From positions 27,034,001-27,098,000 of the forward strand of contig NW_024704742.1 of NCBI RefSeq assembly GCF_018977255.1: a stretch of 64,000 nt of DNA, given 5' to 3'. Position numbers and translations under genes: made by a program. Below are positions 37,481 to 51,672 of this stretch, piece by piece. This stretch comes from Callorhinchus milii (taxonomy: Eukaryota). The notes under the pieces are model-generated. The model was not told the DNA's origin and did not search any database. It worked only from the letters and a program-made list of their open reading frames with translations. Each line of letters begins with the position of its first letter. Positions within the stretch are counted from its first letter, which is position 1.

Positions 37481-38414
37481 AAAAGCTTTGTCTGTGGGTC
37501 AAGGTGGAGAGGGCTCATACCTGGTGGTACCAGATTCCAGGCATAACACATGCATTAATGTCACACAGGTGCTTTGTCCACATGATTTTAAGTGGAGAGA
37601 GTGGTGGTTGTTGGGCCACACTGGATGGTATCTAGGTGGAGCCTGTTATGTGGTTGCTAATTGTCATGGCATTCAGCACCGTGCAAGATGTTGAGCAGAA
37701 GCAATGTCAATTTTCAATATTGTCTGTCCAGAGCTCAGTGACTTGCTGTACATAGCAACATATTGAATCCTGCAGGCAGGGTGAAACCTTTAGGCAGGTC
37801 CTGAAGAGTGGAGTGGCATAAAGGCTGCCCCAAATTGGTTGATACCAGGCACATAAGAAGGGCAGATACAGGCAGAGTTTGATTTCTGACTAGTTTGATA
37901 TTGATGAGAAACTCCAGTCTCCTAAGTCGATTCAAGTTATCCTGTACAGGCATTTATACAGCATTGACGGACAGCTCAGATGTAGAATGTGAACCTGCAG
38001 CAGTCAAAGCAAGGCAAGCATTTTGTGCTGTAAGAGGCAAAATCAGAGTTCTTTGTACTAGTAATTTACTCCTCCAGTGCTGAATCCTTCAATCTATGGA
38101 ATTCTCATACCTAGTGGTGAAAGCATACATCATTGAGACTGATGTCACAACTGTGACATGTTTAGCAAAAATCCCAAATCTAAATGCCAAAAATAGTAAT
38201 GAAGATTTTTGTTTCATACTAGTAAAAAACTGTCTACCAAGCCCTGCCTTTAGTGCTTGAGTTTCCAATGGCATTCACAGTACATGATTCTTTATTAGCC
38301 TACTTTGATTTCGTACAAACTTCTTCTCCCCAAGAAAATAAACTGAAAATATTTTGTTAACTAAGTCAACACGAATATGATCAAAGATAAGTGCCATGCA
38401 GCACTTTCATGTAC

Positions 38415-38607
38415 CTGCTGTTTTGCTTTCCTTTGTGTTTCCATACTGGCTTTCTTCAGCTCCTCCATCTCTTTACGAAGTTGCTCATTTTCATGCTGTA
38501 AACTTAATCTCTCCTCACTGACATGGTCACAGTCACTACGAACAGAGTCCAGCATGCTCTGTAATTTCTGCACCATTTCTTGGCAACGGGATGACTCTTC
38601 CTCTGAA
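38415..38607 (-). CDS. SCLT1: SCLT1 coding exon
   Basis: ttttag|T ... CAG|gtacat, 193 bp; SEEESSRCQEMVQKLQSMLDSVRSDCDHVSEERLSLQHENEQLRKEMEELKKASMETQRKAKQQ. Confidence 0.94.
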
Positions 38608-39919
38608 CTAAAAAGCAAATACTAGTCTATAAATTAGTCATAACCCTTTTGTCTACAAATGAGTGAGTAACGTCTAGCCTCTCCTACAAAACACACAGTT
38701 AGTCCCCCTTAAAGGTTATCATGGGAAGCACTTTGAGGTATTCTCCCTATGTGAAAGATGCTATATCCAATGTAAGGATTATTGACCGTATGATAAGGCA
38801 CTCTAAATGTAAAGATTTATGTATTATGCTTTATATTCATAAATTGCTGGAAATAAAGTATATGTATTATATATAATACAGATATTCAGATTTAGTAAAA
38901 ATAAATCTCATCAGACATTATCCAATAAATTCTTGAAAATGTACATACTTGGAAATATATTTTTAAAGATCTTAACACTTCACAAACTATGTTGTTCTAT
39001 CTTAAAGTAGGTTAATACTATTGTTTCACTCTTCTGCTGAAAAGGTATAATCAATGTCAGAGCTAAGTCAGTCAGAAGAATCACTGTCTTGTTTCAAATG
39101 CAGATGAAAACTACTCCCAAAAACTGCAGCATGAAGTTTAAATACTATAGTTTTCTTTGATAAAGGAAGCATCACATTAACGTGCAAACGTACAAAGGCA
39201 TGTGGCTTTATAATTTTTTTTACCATCACAGTAAATTCCTAAAACATGCATTTTTGGGATGTGATTATTGAGTATTCACTGTAAGTTTCCAACCAACATG
39301 AGGCTAATCAACAATAACAACTTGCATTGTTGCAATCAAGTACTAGGTTGTATCTAGCGAACATCTGACTCCAAACCAAAGAATTCTAATCATGTATAGA
39401 TCAAGAGTGAGATCACATTTGGAATACTGTTTGCATTTTTCGGGCACCTTACTGTCAATTGAATATTGACAAGTTGCAGAGGAGTCAAAGAAGATTGATT
39501 TTGACAGAGTAGCTGCAAGTTATGAGGGACGACTAGCTGAACCGGAGACTAAAATAACCTTGAACAGTAGTGGATATGTGGAATAGACTCCTAGCAAAAA
39601 AAATCAAGTTGAGAATTTTTGTTTTAGGGACTCATATGACCTCGACTAAGATGATCAGGACTATAGCAACATTAGTTATGGTTTTGTTGCTTCTGGGGTG
39701 GGTGAGAATTCATTTTGTTAGTCTGGGAGAGTGGGCCAGGACTGTATAGTGGAGATGAGCTGTGGAAAGAACAAATATAAGATGTCTTTTTCTCTTACGT
39801 TGTTATGATCAAGACATAAACAGCTGAAATGACTTTGGAAGTAAAAGACTGGTTAAAGTGATGGAGCAGCAATTTACCTCGGTAATAATTTTAGGAAAGC
39901 ATCAAGGTCTGTTACTTAC

Positions 39920-40166
39920 AATAATAATAATCCTTGCATTTGATATAACGCCTTATCATGTCTTCTAGACGTCTCAAAGCACTTCACAAAATATACTGTA
40001 AAGCGAATTGACTGTACACTTTGTGGGCAAAATGCAGCAGCCAATTGCGCACAGCAGTGTCCCACAGTCATGGATTGAGTGACCAAATTATTTTTATTTA
40101 TTTTGAAAGAATTATTCAGGTCCTGTCATTTGCGAGGCGAGTGCTCTAACCACTAAGCTACAGGAC
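39920..40166 (-). mobile_element. SINE with internal deletion
   Basis: Common tail plus part of the tRNA head (gtgctctaaccactaagctacaggact). Confidence 0.82.
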
Positions 40167-40242
40167 TATGGCTGTGTAGTGCATTGGACATCAAAACGTG
40201 ACATGTTGGAACGTTGGAATCCATTGATGCAAATATTCTTAC

Positions 40243-40385
40243 TTTATCTCAAATTTTCGGATTTTGCTTTGTGCTCCCTGTAGACTCATGTGGAGGTCAT
40301 CTTTTGCACGCTCTGCATTCAAACACCGTTGGTGAAGCTCATCGATTTTTTTGTGATCTTCAGTGCATCTGCCTTCTCGATAAAG
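40243..40385 (-). CDS. SCLT1: SCLT1 coding exon
   Basis: caccag|CTT ... AA|gtaaga, 143 bp; LYREGRCTEDHKKIDELHQRCLNAERAKDDLHMSLQGAQSKIRKFEI. Confidence 0.93.
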
Positions 40386-40770
40386 CTGGTGGAGGTGAGA
40401 ATGGAATACTGCTGATTAATGTGATAAGGAAGTTTGCAGACTTCCATTTTACCAACAGTTTTAGGAGCTGACTGGGTTAGAACAAGTGGAGTAACCTACC
40501 TCCTGGAGGTTCTCTAGTATTGCTTGAATTTTGCATTATTTGTAGTACAACTAAGGTAACACATTTTATACTTTAAATTTAACATGTGAAAATTCTCAGG
40601 CAGATTGGAATTATATGATGCACCTAAACTGCAAAGTACCATTGGGGACCCATTGTTTACAATCTACCCAATGAATCCTAAGGGGACAGAAGAAAGAAGT
40701 ATCCACACGTCACATAGAATCCACATCATAGAATCAATTGGAGCCTGAATTTTAAATTATTATTCCTTAC

Positions 40771-40845
40771 CTTTTCAAGTTCTTCTTCCACTGCTCGCTT
40801 CTCTCTTATGGCTCTCGCAATCCGACCTTCTTTGTCTGCATTGTC
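40771..40845 (-). CDS. SCLT1: SCLT1 coding exon
   Basis: tgatag|GAC ... AAG|gtaagg, 75 bp; DNADKEGRIARAIREKRAVEEELEK. Confidence 0.93.
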
Positions 40846-42150
40846 CTATCAAGTGATACAACACAGTGTCCAATTGGCAAGAAAGTACAATATGTCCTGA
40901 CATGGAGAACTGTCAGTGCTCATGGTAAGCATCAAGTGGGAGAAGGATGATGGCAATGCTACCTAGTGAGGGCTCAAACCTACGCTTGTCAGATGCCTAA
41001 ATTACCAACTATTGATTATCCTTTTGGGACGGACACATATGCCTGCGTCTCCTTGGGTTGAGCTGGCTCCATTGCGACATGCCTGGCAATGGAAGGTTAA
41101 AATTGAGTCAACCCTCTGTGACAGTCTCAATGGTCTGGTTCCTGAGCAACATGTGTCCGCACTAGTCCAGAGCACTGATGACAAGCCAGAAAGCCTGGCT
41201 TGTTCGCAGAATTTGGAGGGGCAAACCAGTCACTGGGGGCAGGGACAGACTATCCGATTTTAGCCGGTTAAGCTCCAGCAGCACCCAACACACACCCTGA
41301 GTGTTGACTCTTGCCTGTCTGTACTTTATACTTTCAGGAATAAGATAAGTAGGGTGTGTCCTTCTGGGAAGAGAGTGCACACTCCATTTCAGACACAGGC
41401 ATATTCCCATGTGTAGATGGCATGCCTTTGTGGAAGTCTGATGTTTGGATATTGTTAAGTAAAGGCAATGAATTTCTGCATGTGCCAGATAGCTGCCTGG
41501 CAAAATAAAATATACCATTACAGTGATACACCAAGATGCATCTCAAAAAAATAAATAAAACAGGCTTTTTAAAAATAAACAAACAGGCTGTCAATAAGGT
41601 GCAATGCTCCAGCAATCTGAACACTCATCTTGCCTGCCATTCACACCTGCCTGGTTTATCCATAAATAGCTTCCTTCCCACTTCACTTAAGCAAGCCTTT
41701 TGAATGGTTGACCAAGTAGTAGCACTGTGTAAATTTAAAAGGTTTTACAAACTGTTGAAGATAATTCCTCCATTTGATGTAGGGCCTTATCACGTCGTCG
41801 AGACGTCTCAAAGTGATTTACAGAATATATTGTAAAGTGGATTGACTGTGTATTTTGTGGGTGAAACGTGAAATATTGATGAAAATAAACATGGATAATC
41901 ATGTTAGAGAACTTTTTCTCAGGCGCAAATAACAAGAGATCTCCTGTACATGAATCACTACTGATGGGCTTTGTTTTTGTAACAAACAATGATTTGATTG
42001 ATGAGATATTTGCGAGTGAATCTGAATGAATGGGCTTCAGCTAAAGGACACTCAAGTTTGACACAAATGGACAATTGTATGACTATTGGAGCAAATACAG
42101 CAGTTTTTGTCTCAGTCTATTGTTTTTGAAGAGCAGACTGTCACACATAC

Positions 42151-42222
42151 CATTTGTAAAATTGATAGATCCTCAGCTAGATGAGAAATTTGCACATTGC
42201 ATTGTTTCCTCACATTTTCAAC
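42151..42222 (-). CDS. SCLT1: SCLT1 coding exon
   Basis: tttcag|GTT ... ATG|gtatgt, 72 bp; VENVRKQCNVQISHLAEDLSILQM. Confidence 0.93.
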
Positions 42223-42379
42223 CTGAAAGATACAGATGAAGACATTTCGTGTAAATCACATTTGTCTGTATACTTAGTTCAGCAATCATCAAAACGCTGA
42301 CAGATATGCCATATCAGCACGTTTCTACTAGAATTCTAAAGTTAAGTATTATCTGAAGGAGAATGAGAAGTGTTCTTTC

Positions 42380-42670
42380 AGCGCTCAGTTGGTAAAGGCA
42401 TTGCGTAGTGTGAAACTGAACCATACAGATAAGTAAAGTCTCAGTTTTGATCCCTTGTCTATGATGAATTAGTTTATTTCATTTATGGCAATTGTTAGAT
42501 ACTAAGTTGGCTTCAGCACTCGGCTTAGAAAGGTAAAAGAGAAACACAATTGGCAGTTTGCTTACAATCACCCTTGTTGGAAAATGAGTGGATGTAAGCT
42601 CTTGGGATGAGGACTCAGTCACTTTACCAAAACCCACATGTAAAATAGCCACTTGGGTACTGCAGGGTGT
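42380..42670 (+). mobile_element. Ancient LF-SINE-like element (related relics near 5500-5835, 10905-11070 and 44660-44915, all - strand)
   Basis: tRNA-like head (gctcagttggtaaagg...gatcccttgtct) and 3' aatagccacttggg motif shared with the other copies; family name from recall. Confidence 0.5.
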
Positions 42671-42879
42671 TTTAGAGGACTGCATGTAAGCACGAGCCTT
42701 TGAGAGAGGAAAAGCAGCAAACTGCAGAACACTTCACTAATATCGGAAACAAAAACCAGAACAAGTAATGTTTTTGTATCAAGCCTTGAAGGGCAATATG
42801 CTGTGTAAAGCACCTCAACCTGCCATTACACTCCAAGGTGTTGGAACTGGTCGCCACATAATACCTTTGCTCCTTCTTC

Positions 42880-43270
42880 TCTCAACACCACTTGTATGAG
42901 TTGCTCAATATGGATTTTATTCCTCCCACAGCACCAAGACAGCCATGGTCAAAGTTACAAGCAATATCCTCTGTCTCTACAACCAGGACTACCTTTGCCT
43001 CCTTTTCTTCCTTGATCTCTGTTGCTTTGCACACTGTCGACCGCCCCATCATTCTCCACCATTTCTCCTCCTTAGTATCCCCCATGGCTCTGCATTTTTC
43101 TGAGTTTTACTGTCTCCTATAATGGCTTCTCTTCCTGCTCATGCCCAGCCACATGTAGTGTTTCTCAGGGCTCTTCCTTGGTCCTCTCCTCTTCTTCATC
43201 TACGTGTTTTTCCTTTGCTGATATCATCCAGAGGCAGGGGGAGGTCACTTCCATATTTACATGGATAACA
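42880..43270 (+). mobile_element. Old L2 RT fragment
   Basis: Decayed similarity to the + sense of the 62122-63930 RT region (ctcagggctcttccttggtcctctcctcttcttcatctac). Confidence 0.6.
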
Positions 43271-43296
43271 TACAGATAAAGATTATGCATTCTTAC

Positions 43297-43395
43297 CTCT
43301 TTCCTTGTTCGAGCAGCGGCTTCTTGAATTAATTGAAACACAGCTTCCTTCATTTTTTCTATTTCTTCATCCTTCTGTTTCTCACGAAGCAGGGC
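43297..43395 (-). CDS. SCLT1: SCLT1 coding exon
   Basis: cattag|GCC ... GAG|gtaaga, 99 bp; ALLREKQKDEEIEKMKEAVFQLIQEAAARTRKE. Confidence 0.94.
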
Positions 43396-43800
43396 CTAAT
43401 GAAACCATTAAAAAGAGATATGTATCAAAATAAGTGACGATGGGGAAATTCATCTTTATATTCCAAATGTTCGAGATACAACCATTTGGGCCCTGTATTA
43501 AAAATTGAGTTTGATGTAATAGATTAATCCTGAGGAACAACTCACAGATTTACCCTAAAATGAAACCCAGAAAGGGTTAATACATGTTCTGAATTGTGGG
43601 GTAAATATTATGAAAATTGCTCTTTAATTGTTAGCCATTGCAATGTTAAATCATTCTTGTGCTACTTTCCCAAACCAAGGGGACCATTTATTGTTCAGCA
43701 AATTAACAGCTTAACATCCATTTATGTTTTTTGATAAAAAGTACTGAATTGAAAAATTGAGCAATAGAGAATGACATTAAAGTGTCTAAGATGTAGTGGT

Positions 43801-43850
43801 TAAGTGTTAAACAAGTACTTTGGGATAAGTGTTAAACAAATACTTTGGGA
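43801..43850. repeat. 25-bp tandem duplication
   Basis: taagtgttaaacaa(g/a)tactttggga twice. Confidence 0.85.
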
Positions 43851-45804
43851 TATTTGTCGTTTCATGAATTCAATTAAATTGTTTCATGAATTGTGCATTA
43901 AATCAGAAGTCTAATGTTCCGATTTAACATTTCCATTTTTATACTATTTAGCACTGCAGCTACAATAATACCATTTTAGGAAAATCATCTGTTGCCAGTC
44001 AATTCAGTTCACGATAAAGCACTAATGATTTACGGTCACAATTCTGCATTTAAATTATCCATCAGTTTTATTGATTTTTTTTAAAAAAGGAGCTAGTTTG
44101 TTTATTGTATACCATGGTTCACATGTAGATTAAATAGTGCGAGACTAATGGAAAGTCTTACTTGCTGCAAAAATATAGAGATGGCAATTGAAGCATATGT
44201 GCTTGTTGACATTCAGTTTTTCTTGTATAGATAAAATATTTTGTTCTTCCTGCACGCTTGTGTCTGCTGGCACTATAATAATGGGGAACTTACTCTCAAG
44301 ATCCTGCCAATTCCACTGGGGAGCCAGCATCTATCAGATATATAACTGAGGATGACTCTCGCTCTGGGGATAATCACACCACAATAGTTAGGGGAAGCAA
44401 GAGGGATCTGATATAGATTTTTGCAGGGTGGGGGGGTGGCATCCACAAACAAACAAATATTGCTTTATGGAGGCAGGGTGTTTAGTCCATCATTAACCTG
44501 AGAAATTTATGTGTTGAAGAATGAGGAATCCATTGGAAATAAATTTCAACTCTTACATCAGCTACAGTATGGATTTCCTTAGAAAGATGAGCTTTAGTAG
44601 AATAAATAGCCTGTTTATTATTGGTTTAATAATGGGTAAAGCTTCTTTGACACTGTCTGTCAATGGGTGTCAACACCCCTCCTGAGAAGGGCATCCTCTG
44701 CTCCACAATCCCCCTACCAGCTGTCCAAGTGGTCTCTCTAAATGAGTGGTTAGGCAATGTTGTGACCTGATCTCACCGCCAAAGATGTGAGTTGAAATTG
44801 CCTCCAGGGATCTTTAGAGCAGGCAGAGAGAAAATATTGATTTATTATTTTGGACTGCACTTAATCCAGATTCCAAATGGTGAAAGAACAGCGTTCTGAC
44901 CCTACAAGCCACCTAATTTCCTTAATTCCTTGCCCCCAAACAATGCTATATTTCACAATAAAAATGCATAATTGGAACTAATTCATTTCTATTATAGCTT
45001 TTAAAAGGTGAACCTTTATGCCTCCCTCTCCCATCCCATCGAGATCAGTGAAAAAGTGCAGCTTCTGCTTTATTCCATTGAAAACTCATATTCTGTTCCA
45101 CAGAAAGATGAGAGTGAATGTATACAATAGATCCATATTATGTAGAATAGATTTAAGGGGAGGTAAGCAGGTCTCTTTGGAGCTCAACTGGCTCCAAGCT
45201 GATATGCTTAGCTACAGAATGCTGGAATGTAGTGGCCTCAGGAGCCCAGTTCTTGAGCCGGACAGGTCAGTGGTATTCCAGGCCACTGCTGATGTCAGAC
45301 CAATCAATCCGGCTCATCAGCAGGACTTGAGAGGCAGACACTGGGGCAAAGGATTCTTTCCACTCAGCTCTTGTTAACTCTGCAAGTCAAAGCCCTTAAA
45401 CAGGTAGGCTTGTCTAGCTGGACAAGCAGCAGGAAGCTTACCAGACGGTCTTTCGATGGCAAACTATGCAGTTTTAATTGGTTAAACACCAGCAGCATTT
45501 ACTCTCAATGTACACTCTAATGTCCCCAATTGTTGGTTCTTGCCAACCTGCACTCTCCGAAATTAGGTAAGCAGGGAATAGGGTGCATAATCTATTCCAG
45601 ACACTGGAATTTATAATATAATAATCCTTACATTTGCACCTTATCACGTCTTTGAGACATCTCAAAGGGCTTCACAGAATATACTGCAAAGTGAATTTCC
45701 ATGTGTAGGTAGCATACATGAAACTTTCAGTCTGCTTTGGATACTCTTAAGCATGGTGAGTTTATAGCACATAAAAGAAAATTTATTGCACCAAGTGATC
45801 TTAC

Positions 45805-45982
45805 CTGATCTTTCTGCAAATTTGCTTCTTCGAGGAGTTGAATGCTGTCTCGAACCTTCACTACTGAGTCATATTTCTCTTCCTCCATCTCAGCACATTT
45901 TGCCTGTAGGGCGCCAATTTGTCTCTCAAAACAAAATCTTTCTTTCCGTAATTGTTCTGCATCCTCTACAGCTACTCGTAGC
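45805..45982 (-). CDS. SCLT1: SCLT1 coding exon
   Basis: taatag|G ... CAG|gtaaga, 178 bp; LRVAVEDAEQLRKERFCFERQIGALQAKCAEMEEEKYDSVVKVRDSIQLLEEANLQKDQ. Confidence 0.95.
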
Positions 45983-47569
45983 CTATTAAAAAATGCAATA
46001 ATATTCAAATCCAAAAGAGGATTTGGATTAATAGGATAATAGCAATAATGATTACCAAATGATGCAGATTACAGTATTTCATGCAAAATTCACCAGTGAA
46101 ATATATCCTGTTATTAAATACATTGACTATGAAAGGTGATCAGAAAGATTTTTGGAATTGTAAATAAAGTTAACATTTAAAAAAATCTGATTAATACAGT
46201 TTAAATGTAAAATAATTCTTTACTTTCCATATATACCCAACAATTATTCCATTCAGAAAAAGATGCCTCAACTAGCAAAACAGAAACCTTATAACATTTT
46301 TCAAGTACACAACATGCAGAACATAACAGACAAAAATAGGCCAATGTGGTGTTTTGGAAGATCTTTCATTTGCAATCCCCAAGGAACGGTGGGGAGGGGA
46401 AAACTAATTTTGAAGTTCAGTTGAGGTTGAGTAAATTCACAATTTATTCTGCCTGGGTTTTATTTTGCTAATAATTTAATACAAGTAATAGGCCTATTAA
46501 CCACTAATACATTAAAGATCCCATGGCGTTATTCGAAAAGAGAAGGGAATTTCTCCCTAACAATTCCTCAAATAAATTTGGCAATTAACTTTATCGCTAT
46601 TTGTGGGACATTAATTGGCTGCTGCGTTTACCTACAAAATACACAGTCACTACTCTTATGTGAAGTGCTTTGAAACTTTACTGTAAAGTGTTGTGACTGT
46701 GTAACTTGTGGGCAACAAAATGCCATGCAAACTAAGTGCTGTTGATGTAGATTGATATGCTGGAATGTGTGTTTTATGAACATAGTTTTGACTGAGCTTT
46801 TGGTTAGCATCTTTAGCTTTGGGACATGCTGCCGACATGATGTCCTCCTGATGTGAAAAGTGCTATATAAATGCAATTTGTTGTTGTTAGCTCTTTTTCC
46901 TCCCGGCTCAGTGCTCCCCGAGATTAATTTCTGAAGTTGTAAACATAAATGGAAATTGACTATTTTGAAAAAAAACTTAACTACAATCTTTTGAATTCCA
47001 TGGAAAATGTACTTAAGGAATACTATAATAACAATAACAAATTGCATTTTTATAGTGCCTTTCACATGGAGAGGATGTCCCAAGGTGCTGGACAGTGAAA
47101 GGTTTGCACCCAAAAGGTGTGGAGGGCAAGAGGGTGGATTTGGACGATAACGGAAGGTGCGAGCGATCAAAGAGGAAGGTCTTGAGAACTGAATTCTGAA
47201 TTTGCTTACAATATTTTCTCTTTAATAACTACCATGCATGAAACATCAGATAAAAAATTCTTCTGCGATATTCTCTGCACGACGTTCAATGCTATTATAG
47301 CTCCAAAGGGCAACAATTTAGTTAACTCTTTCGAGGATATCTCTTGCCTTTGAAATTCTGAAATATACTGTCTTAGTCAAAATGCCCTGTATGGCAAAAA
47401 TAATTTATTAAGATTTACATAAAGCAATCACAATATTTAAGATAGTACAAAACTACATATTATTCCTTCAATTATATTCAATTAATAAACTGTGTAACCT
47501 GGTTCCTTTGAAGTTTGGTACATGAATGATGCTGGGATTCTCAATGGAATAATTGGCACTTTCTAACAA

Positions 47570-48070
47570 ACAACAACAACAAGATTTCATTTATAGAGTG
47601 CCTTTCACGTCGGGAGGACGTCCCAAGCGTTGGACAGTTGGGTTGGGACCTGAGCAGGGGGAAATGGTCAGGGTGAGGGGAGGGAAGGGAGGGAGCAAGG
47701 AGGGGGTAGAGCGTCAAGAGGGGAGCTGAAGGCACGGTCAAAGAGAAAGGTCTTGAGATCGGCCTTGAAGGAGGAAAGGGAGGAGGCGGCGAAGGCACTG
47801 GGGGATAGAGTTCCAGAGCCTAGGGGCTGAGAGGCTGAAGGCCCGGCCACCGATGGTAGGGCGGTTGGGGCGGGGGATGTGGAGCCAGAGGAACGGAGGG
47901 TACGGGCAGGTAGGTAGGGGGATAGTAGGTTGGAGAGGTAGGAGGGAGCAGGGCCGTGAATGGCCTTGTAGGTGAGGATGAGGATCTTGAATTCGATCCT
48001 CTGGGGGATGGGGAGCCAGTGGAGGCGAGCGAGGGTGGGAGTGATGTGGTCGCGAAGCCTGGTGCGGGAC
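47570..48070 (-). mobile_element. L2 LINE 3' fragment, family A (young)
   Basis: Near-identical reverse complement of 6706-7196. Confidence 0.88.
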
Positions 48071-48708
48071 AGTACAAAGCTGGTTAGTTAACCGTTGGCA
48101 TGTTTTAACTATTCATTCAAAGCTGGTGAATAGCTTAGATTGACTAACTGATTGCTTCCAACTTGGTCAGATAATAGCGATCAAGTAGAGAACCTAATAC
48201 GGGCTTGTAATGTAAAATGATTCAAGCATTCAAGAATGTGAGTCAAAGGATTTGTACTCTTAAACACCTATAATTGCTTGCCACCTTAAGGTTGTCTAAT
48301 TTTAAAGAAATGTTGAATTTGTTTGTTGACCCTGTTACAGCTACCAAGGTTACTACATTCTGTAACACTTCAGTAAGGCATTTGTCCTTGGTAATCTGGT
48401 GAGGAACAAACATTAAAAACAACTCTAGAATTACCAGCTATAAAGTCTGCATCACATAGCAGAGACTTGGGAATGCAATCATGTTTCATTATCGCTGAGA
48501 TACTAATGGCACAGCAAGCTTGTGGATCTCACTTGTCTTTCTCATAAAGATGTACTGCCATTCTCTGGAAAGTTAAATTTGGGGAAATTTAATTGCTCCG
48601 AAAAGAAGGGAGAAGAGAGTAAATGAGTAATCTTATCTTCCTCTTACACGCCATCAAGTCTTTGGTAACTAAGCAGCAGCTGGACAGATAACCTACATGC
48701 ATTTAATA

Positions 48709-49138
48709 ATAATCATAATAATAATCCTTGCATTTGATATAGAGCCTTAATATGTCATTGAGATGTCTCAAAGTGCATCACAGGATATACTGTAAAGGGT
48801 ATTTGATGGGCGAAACACGGCAGCCAGTTGCACATAGCAACGTCCCACAAACAGCCATGGAGTGAGTGACTCATGTTATTTGGGGGATTGTTTGCAAGAT
48901 CACCAGGAGAGACTCCCTCCTCTTTTCGAATAGTACCATGGGANTTTTTACATTCACCTGAACAGACCTCGGCCTAACGTCTCACCAGAAGGATGGCACC
49001 TCCGACAATACAACACACCTCCAACACTGCATTGGAGCGTCAGCTTAGACTATGTGATTCCAAGTCCCAATGTGGAGTTTGAACTCACAACCTTCTGACT
49101 CAGAGGTGAGAGTGCTATCACTGAGCCAGACTGACACA
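48709..49138 (-). mobile_element. Full-length Deu-domain SINE (SacSINE1-like)
   Basis: Reverse complement reads gtgtcagtctggctcagtgatagcactctcacctctgagtcagaaggttgtgagttcaaac...gacgttaggccgaggtc..., then the common tail. Confidence 0.8.
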
Positions 49139-49322
49139 CTTCCTGAATGTATGTTCAGAAAGAGTAATCAAAAGATAGGAAGGCAGAAAAATAAATGTAG
49201 TTTCAAACGCATGATAACTTGCTAATAAAGCATCTATAATATCCTCGGATAAATGTTTAAGAATTGTTTTAACAAAGCCTAAGCAAGCCTTTGCTATTGC
49301 ACTGCTTTCCCAGGACAGGTAC

Positions 49323-49414
49323 CTGGCTTCTAACTTGGTTATAGCAGATTGTAATTTCTGCAATCGTTTGTCTGATGCTTCTTCTCTTCCGAGGGCAGTT
49401 GCAACATCTTCATC
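49323..49414 (-). CDS. SCLT1: SCLT1 coding exon
   Basis: ctgtag|GAT ... AG|gtacct, 92 bp; DEDVATALGREEASDKRLQKLQSAITKLEAR. Confidence 0.94.
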
Positions 49415-51672
49415 CTACAGATAATGAAAAAGGAACACTCCATATATGAACATTTTTTAATAATAAAATCTACATTAGCCCAGTTACTAATTAAAATCCA
49501 AATGTAATAAACACAGCGTTCAATAAAACACTCAGGAATAGTATGAACCCCCTATCGACCTTCCAACCAGTTTGCCTAACTAAGTGCAATCTGAATTCAA
49601 TATTTTATTCTTTTTAGTTGGCACTGGGACTTGGAGGAAATCAGCCATCATATTCATATCAAGAACCTAGAACATAATTCAGATGCAGCAATCCAGCCTG
49701 TGGAGGCAGTTTCTGGCTCTGTCCCACTGAAACCAGAGTAATGAAACACTAAGTACTTGTGTTGCTTTAATACTGTCTGCCCACACATGCATATTATATA
49801 TACATCCGCAGTCATGTTGCTCGAGTATACCTCTGCTTTTTAAAAAAATGCAATGAAAATTCAAATATGCAAGTGAAACCTGAAGGAGTGAAATAGGGTG
49901 CAAGCACCGGGAGAATTAATGGAGCCAATGGGGGGGGGGGGGGGGAGGGAATGAGATCTGGCTTCCTTGGATCTGTCTGTGTTGGCTACAGGATGACATG
50001 TTTGGCAACAGAATGTTGGAATCGAGTCAGCCCTTTGTTGGGGTCTCAGGAGTCTGGTCCCTGAGCCAAATGAATCCTTAGTACTCCAATGCACTGCTGT
50101 TGATAGACTAGCCAGCCTGGAACAGGTTTGAAGAATAATGAGCAGGTTTGGAGAATATTGGGGGCAAGGATTTTTCCCACTCAGCTCCTGTTACCCTGGT
50201 CTTAGTTGCACAAGCAGCAGGAAGATTGCCACACAATGGCAAGCTTTGGGGTTTTGGATAGTTAGACTCCAGCAGTATCTTAACACAAACTCTCGAGTCC
50301 CCAAAGCTTGGCTCTAGGACTAGGTAAGCAAGGTGTGTGCTTCTGGGGAAAGAGTGCAAACTCCATTCCAGACACAAAAATCTCCTTAAAAGCAAACAAT
50401 CTATATCTACCATGCATTCTCTTTTTTATATATCTGTTTATTTTAAATTTGTTTACTTCATTGGCAGGTCCCATTTGACAAATACCAACTATCCTTCTTG
50501 GGAGAAGTAGGTTTTTATCCTTGGAGCTTGATAACATGCTTGGCAATGGAATGGCAGAATTGAGTCAATCCTCTAAGGCAGTCTCAGTAATCTGCTTCCT
50601 GAGCCAAGAAAGAAAGAGTGCGCTTTCCATTCCAGACAGGGAAATTTCCATGTGTAGGTGGCATACATGCGTCTAATTCTCCTGAGTTTCCATATATGTC
50701 AGACACCCAAAGATCAAACAAAATCACAAGATTGACCTCTCAGATTAGCATTTGTTTGTGGTAATTCAGAATTTACAATGAGTATGATGGAAAAACACAT
50801 ATACACATGAATCAAACCTTGATTTGCCTCCAGAAATGGGATACCAAGGTGCAGAGCACCAACACATGTAAATCCAAAGAGTGCTGCCGATGATTAACAG
50901 ACATCAGGACTCTGCACTGATACAATTGTAAAATTTTGTGCAAGAAACATCTGTAAATTTTACATTATTCTTTTTCTCTTTCTTCACCCTTTCTTCAGCC
51001 ATTTTGGGATGCTGTAATTTATTTCCAGATTGTCATCCCACTCTTTAATGTGTTATTAATTTTAGCTTCTGTCTGCCAAGTTATTCAGGTAGATATGAAG
51101 GACTGCTCTGCTGTTTCCATCTCTAATTTATATCAATATTCACTTCATTTCTATTACATTTAAATTTTGTAACGCGTTTTGAAACATTTTGTTTCCATAA
51201 AAGGTGCTTTATAAATGCAATCAATATAAATTCAGCAATATGGAAAACAAATTTCTGGAAACAAGTTTGGTGTTATTTGGAACTTTTTAGTGTAACGTCA
51301 GCAAGGAAGTTATTCACTAATGTCGTGAACTCTGACATGTTCTATCTATAAATCTGTTGTCTGATCGAGGAAGTAGCAACCTATAACCTTGCTATAGCAT
51401 ATCAAAGAACACCTTAGCAAGCATTTGAAAGCCCAGCAGGTGTTTTCCTCTTTGTTGTGTGATAGTACATTTGTGCAGACAGGTGCATGTTCTACCAACT
51501 GGAGGTCAGAAATAGAACAGGCAACTGCTGAAATCCATTCTAGCATTTATGAGGCAAATCATAGCCATTGCCATAATCATTGCATTTGATTTAAGCCTCA
51601 ACATGTGTTGAGACGTCTAGAAGTACTTCATAGTATATACTGCAAAGCGGCGTGACTGTATTTTGTGGGCAA

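Noticed and set aside
46628..47170. 180-aa minus-strand ORF
   Set aside because: Runs across L2 and SINE fragments; no coherent protein and not part of the SCLT1 exon chain.
49929..49950. Long G/C homopolymers (also near 7520 and 57119)
   Set aside because: Simple runs of uncertain length in the assembly, with no other evidence of function.
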